DNA of 64,000 bases. Origin: the human T2T-CHM13v2.0 reference genome, Homo sapiens. Below the pieces are notes generated by a model, which saw nothing but the letters and a program-made list of their open reading frames with translations, was not told where the DNA came from and made no database searches. Position numbers and translations under genes: made by a program. Shown here piece after piece: positions 59,901 through 64,000 of this stretch (positions are counted from its first letter, which is position 1; every line of letters begins with the position of its first letter). The stretch lies in NCBI RefSeq assembly GCF_009914755.1, contig NC_060940.1, one strand, 5' to 3'.

Positions 59901-60028
59901 TAAAATCGAATCCATTCAAAGATTCCATTCAGTTCCATTCGATGATTCCCTTAGATTCCATTCGATGATTCCACTTGATTCCATTTACGATGATTCCATT
60001 CTATTCCATGTGATGATTCCATTCAATT
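53917..60028 (+). repeat. Unit U11, full length (6112 bp)
   Basis: Marker spacing 53917->60029. Confidence 0.93.
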
Positions 60029-63000
60029 CTATTCAATGGTGTCTCCATTTGATTCCATTCGACCATGATTGCCTTTGATTCCATTCAATGACTCCATTCG
60101 GTTCCTTTTGATGATGATTCCGTTCGATTCCATTTGATGATTCCATTTGATTCCATTGGATGAGTCCATTCGATTACATTCGATGATTATTCCATTCGAG
60201 TGCATTAGATGATTCCATTCGAGTCCATTCGATGATTCCATTCGATTCCATTCGATGTTGATTCTGTTCAAATCCATTCGATGATTCCACTCGATTCCAT
60301 TCGTTGACTCCATTTGATCCCATTCGATGATTTCCTTTGATTCCCTTTGATGATCATTCCATTTGATTCAATTCGGTGATTTCATTTGATTCCATTCAGT
60401 GATGTTTCCATTCGACTCCATTCGATGATGATTCCATTCGACTCCATTCGATTATGATTTCATTCAATTCCATTCGATAATGATTCCCTTCGAGTCCATT
60501 CGATGATTCCATTCGATTCCATTCAACGATGATTTGATTCGTGTCCATTCGATGATTCCATTTGATTCCTCTTGATGATGATTCCATTCGAGTCCATTTG
60601 ATGATTCCATTCAATTAAATACTCCGATGATTTCTTTTGAGCCCACTCAATGCTTCCACTCGATTCCATATGATGATGACTCCATTCGATGAAATTCGAT
60701 GATGATTCCACTCGCTTGCTTTCGATGATGATTCCACTTGAGTCCGTTAGAAGATTCTATTCAATTACATTCCATGACGATTCCGTTCGAGTCCATTTGA
60801 TGATTCCATTAGACTCCATTCGACGATGATTCCATTCGATGTTATTCGATGATTCCATTCGATCTCATTCGATGATGATTCCATTCAACTCCATTCGATG
60901 TTTCCATTCGAGTTCATTCTATTATTCCATTAGATTCCATTCGATGATGATTCCATTCGATTCCATTTGATGATTGCATTCTATTTCATTTGATGATGAT
61001 TCCATTCGAGTCCACTCGATGATTCCATTCGAGTCCATTTAATGAATCCATTGGTTTCAATTCTATGATGATTACTTTGGATTCCATTCGTTGATGATTT
61101 CATTCGGTTCCATTCAATGATGATTCCATTCAATTCCTTTCAATGTTTCCATTCAATTCCATACGATGATGATTCCATTTGATTTGATTCGACAGTGAGC
61201 CATTCGATTCAATTCCATGATGATTCTATTTGATTCAATTGGTTGACATTTCCATTCGATTCCATTCGATGATGATTCCCTTTGATTCCGTTCAAAGATG
61301 ATTCCATTCTAGCCCATTCAATGATTCCATTCGATTCTATTCAATGATGATTCCATTCATGTCGATTTGGTGATTCCATTTGACTTCATTTGATGATGAT
61401 TCCTTTCAAGTTCATTAGATGATTCCATTCGATTCCATTTGATGATGATCCCATTCGAGTCCATTCAGTGATTCCATTCGTTTCCATTCCATGATGATTC
61501 CATTCCTTTCCATTCAATGATTCCATTCGATTCCGTTTGATGATGATTTCATTCGAGTCCATTTGATGATTCCATTTGATTCCATTCGATGATGATTCCA
61601 TTCGAGTCCATTCGATGATTCTATTCGAATCCATTTGATGATTTCTTTTGATTATATTTGGTGATGATTCCATTGGAGTCCATTCAATGATTCCATTCTA
61701 TTCCCATCGATGATGATTCCATTAGAGTCCATTTAATGATTCCATTTGATTCCAGTCTCTGATGATTACATTCGAGTCCATACGATGATTCCACTCAATT
61801 CCATATGATGATGATTCCATTTGATTCCATTCGGTGATCCCATTCTATTCTATTCAATGGTGATTCCATTCGAGTACATTAGATGATTCCATTCGATTCC
61901 ATTCAATGATGATTCTATTTGTGTCCCTTAGATGACTCCACATGATTCCATTAGATGATGATACTATTTGAGCCCATCCAATGATTCCCTTCGATTCCAT
62001 TCGATGAGGATTCCATTCGATTCAATTCATTGGTGATTCTATTCAATTCAATTCTTTGATTCCATTCCATTCCATTCGACAATGATTCCATTCGATTTCT
62101 TTCGATGATTCCACTCGATTCCACTTGACATTGATTCCATTCGATTCCATTCAATGATTCCATTTGATTCCAGTGGATGATGATTGCCATCGATTCCATT
62201 CGATCACTCCATTCTATTCCATTTGATGATGATTACATTCGATTCCATTTGATGATTCCATCTGATTCTATTCGAGGATTCCATTTGATTCCATTCGATG
62301 ATGATTCCATTCGAGTCCATTCGATGATTTCATTCGAGTACATCCAATGATTCCATTCGAGTCCATTAGATGATTCCATTTGATTCCATTTGAAAATGAT
62401 TCTACTAGAGTCCATTCAATGACTCCATTCGAGTCCATTCAACAATTCCATTCGACTCCATTCGATGATTCCATTCGATTCCATTTGATGGTTCCATTCG
62501 AGTCCATTTAATCATTACAGTCGAGTCCATTTGGTGATTCCACTGGATTTCTTTTGATAATGATACCATTCAATTACATTTGATGATGATCCCATTCAAT
62601 TTCATTTGATGATGATTCCATTAGAGTCCATTCGATGATTTCATTCGAGTCCCTTCATTGATTCCATCCGATTTCATTGGATGATGACTCCATTCGAGTC
62701 CATTCGATGATTCCACTCGATTCCATTAGATGACTCCATTGGAGTCCATTTGATTGTTCCATTCGATTCCATTCGATTCCTTTCGAAGATTATTCCATTT
62801 GAGTCCATTCGATGATGATTCCATTCCATTCCATTCGATTTTTCCGTTTGATTCCATTCGATGATTCCCTTCGATTCCTTTCTTTGATGATTCCATTCCA
62901 TTCCATTCAATGATTCCATTCGAATCTGTTCCATGATGATTCCTTTCGATTCCATTCGCTGATGTTTCCGTTCAATTCCATTCGATGATGATTCCATTCG

Positions 63001-64000
63001 ATTCCATTCATTGAGGATTCCATTTGATTCCATTCAATGATGATTCCATTCCATTCCATTCAATGATTGCATTCAATTCCATTCAATGATTATCCCATTA
63101 GAGTAAACTCAACGATTCCATTCAATACCATTCGATGATGATTCCTTTTGAGTCCATTCAATGATTTCATTCAAGTCCATTTGATGATTCCTTTCAATTC
63201 CATTCTATGATGATTCCATTCGAGTCCATTCGATGATTCCATTCGATTGCATTCGATGATTCCATTATATTCCATTCAACGGTGATTCCATTCGAGTCCA
63301 TTCGATGATTCCATTAGAGTACATTTAATGATTGCTTTGTTTTCAATTCGAAGATGATTACATTGGATTCCATTCTATGATACCATTCGATTCCATTCAA
63401 TGATGATTCCACTCAAATCCATTGGATGATTCCATTCGTGTCCATTCGGTGATTTCATTAGATTCCATTCGAGGATGATTCCATTCGATTCCATTCGATG
63501 ATTCCATTCAATTCCATTCGATGGTGATTCCATTCCAGTCCATATGATCATTCCATTTGATTTCATTCGATGATGATTCCATTCGATTCCATTCGACGAT
63601 TCCATTCTATTCCATTCGATGATGATTCCATTCGAGTCCATTCGATGATTCCATTCGAGTCCATTTAATGATTCCATTGGGTTCAATTCAATGATGATTA
63701 CATTGGATTCCGTTCTATGATTCCATTCAATTCCGTTCATTGACAATTTGATTCCATTCGATGATGATTCCATTTGAGTTCATTCGATGATTCTATTCGA
63801 TTCTCTTCGATGGTGATTCAATTCTATTATATTGGATGATTCCATTCGATTCCATTTGATGTTGATTCAATTCGATTCTATTCGATGATGATTCCATTGG
63901 ATTTCACTTGATGATTCTATTCGATTCCATTCAATGATGATTCACTTCTCGTCCATTGGATGATTCCATTTCATTCCATTCGATGATGATTCCATTCGAT
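60029..64000 (+). repeat. Unit U12, partial (cut by the window end), colinear with full units
   Basis: Marker ORFs at 60029, 61386, 61951 and 63375 keep the +6112 offset from U11. Confidence 0.92.

Larger units (their letters stand above)
1..64000 (+). repeat. Satellite 2 (HSat2/HSATII) array, CATTC strand on +, ~6112-bp higher-order unit; probably human HSat2B of the chr16 pericentromere
   Basis: Continuous diverged CATTC pentamers in (GAT)2-3-TCCATTC-GA(T/G)TCCATTC 23/26-bp modules with abundant TCGA and GAGTC, which is typical of HSat2 rather than pure (CATTC)n HSat3. Marker ORFs recur at 6112-bp spacing. The chr16/HSat2B assignment rests on recalled unit size (about 0.75 confidence). Confidence 0.97.

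Noticed and set aside
43820-60078. Plus-strand 61-aa ORFs (MMIKIESIQRFH…) at 43820, 53781 and 59893
   Set aside because: They open only where an A>G SNP removes a TGA, as also happens at 9460 and 21684. They mark a haplotype, not a gene.
295-63773. About 150 short ORFs (60-132 aa), mostly on the minus strand, with MESSNGIEWNH-type repeats
   Set aside because: These are translations of (GAATG)n satellite. The + strand is saturated with TGA, which explains the strand bias. The ORFs overlap in several frames, are low complexity, are broken at random by stops in some units and show no recognisable domain.
1-64000. Regular 23/26-bp modules as a CRISPR-like array
   Set aside because: There are no unique spacers between repeats, no leader and no cas genes; this is a continuous tandem satellite.
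1-64000. HSat3 (e.g. DYZ1 or chr9 SatIII with HSF1 sites), alpha satellite or CENP-B boxes
   Set aside because: Long pure (CATTC)n runs are absent, and the GATGAT/TCGA-rich modules are HSat2-type. No 171-bp period or CENP-B box was seen.
1-64000. Inversion breakpoint or transposon insertion within the array
   Set aside because: The CATTC strand stays on + throughout, no poly-A/Alu/L1-like segment was seen, and unit-length arithmetic leaves no room for an insertion after position 295.

Overview
The whole 64 kb window is one uninterrupted, single-orientation array of classical satellite 2 (HSat2/HSATII-type) DNA. It is diverged (CATTC)n arranged in 23/26-bp modules such as GATGATTCCATTCGAGTCCATTC and GATGATGATTCCATTCGATTCCATTC, and these are organised into a ~6112-bp higher-order tandem unit. 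From recall, a ~6.1-kb unit fits the HSat2B array of human chromosome 16 pericentromeric heterochromatin; I did not verify this by alignment. A recurring marker ORF starts at 295, 3485, 9596, 15708, 21820, 27932, 34044, 40156, 43956, 50068, 53917 and 60029, giving unit lengths of 3190, 6111, 5 x 6112, 3800, 6112, 3849, 6112 and a partial last unit. No gene, RNA gene, transposon or CRISPR array is supported, and the listed ORFs are translation artefacts of the satellite. I found no new protein-coding system. The notable content is structural: three shortened units with resolvable homology junctions, the same 2263-bp junction present twice (an incipient ~9.9-kb super-repeat), indels sized to the satellite modules (5, 49, 98 bp), mosaic SNP sharing between units, a recent whole-unit duplication at the right end and a more diverged left edge.
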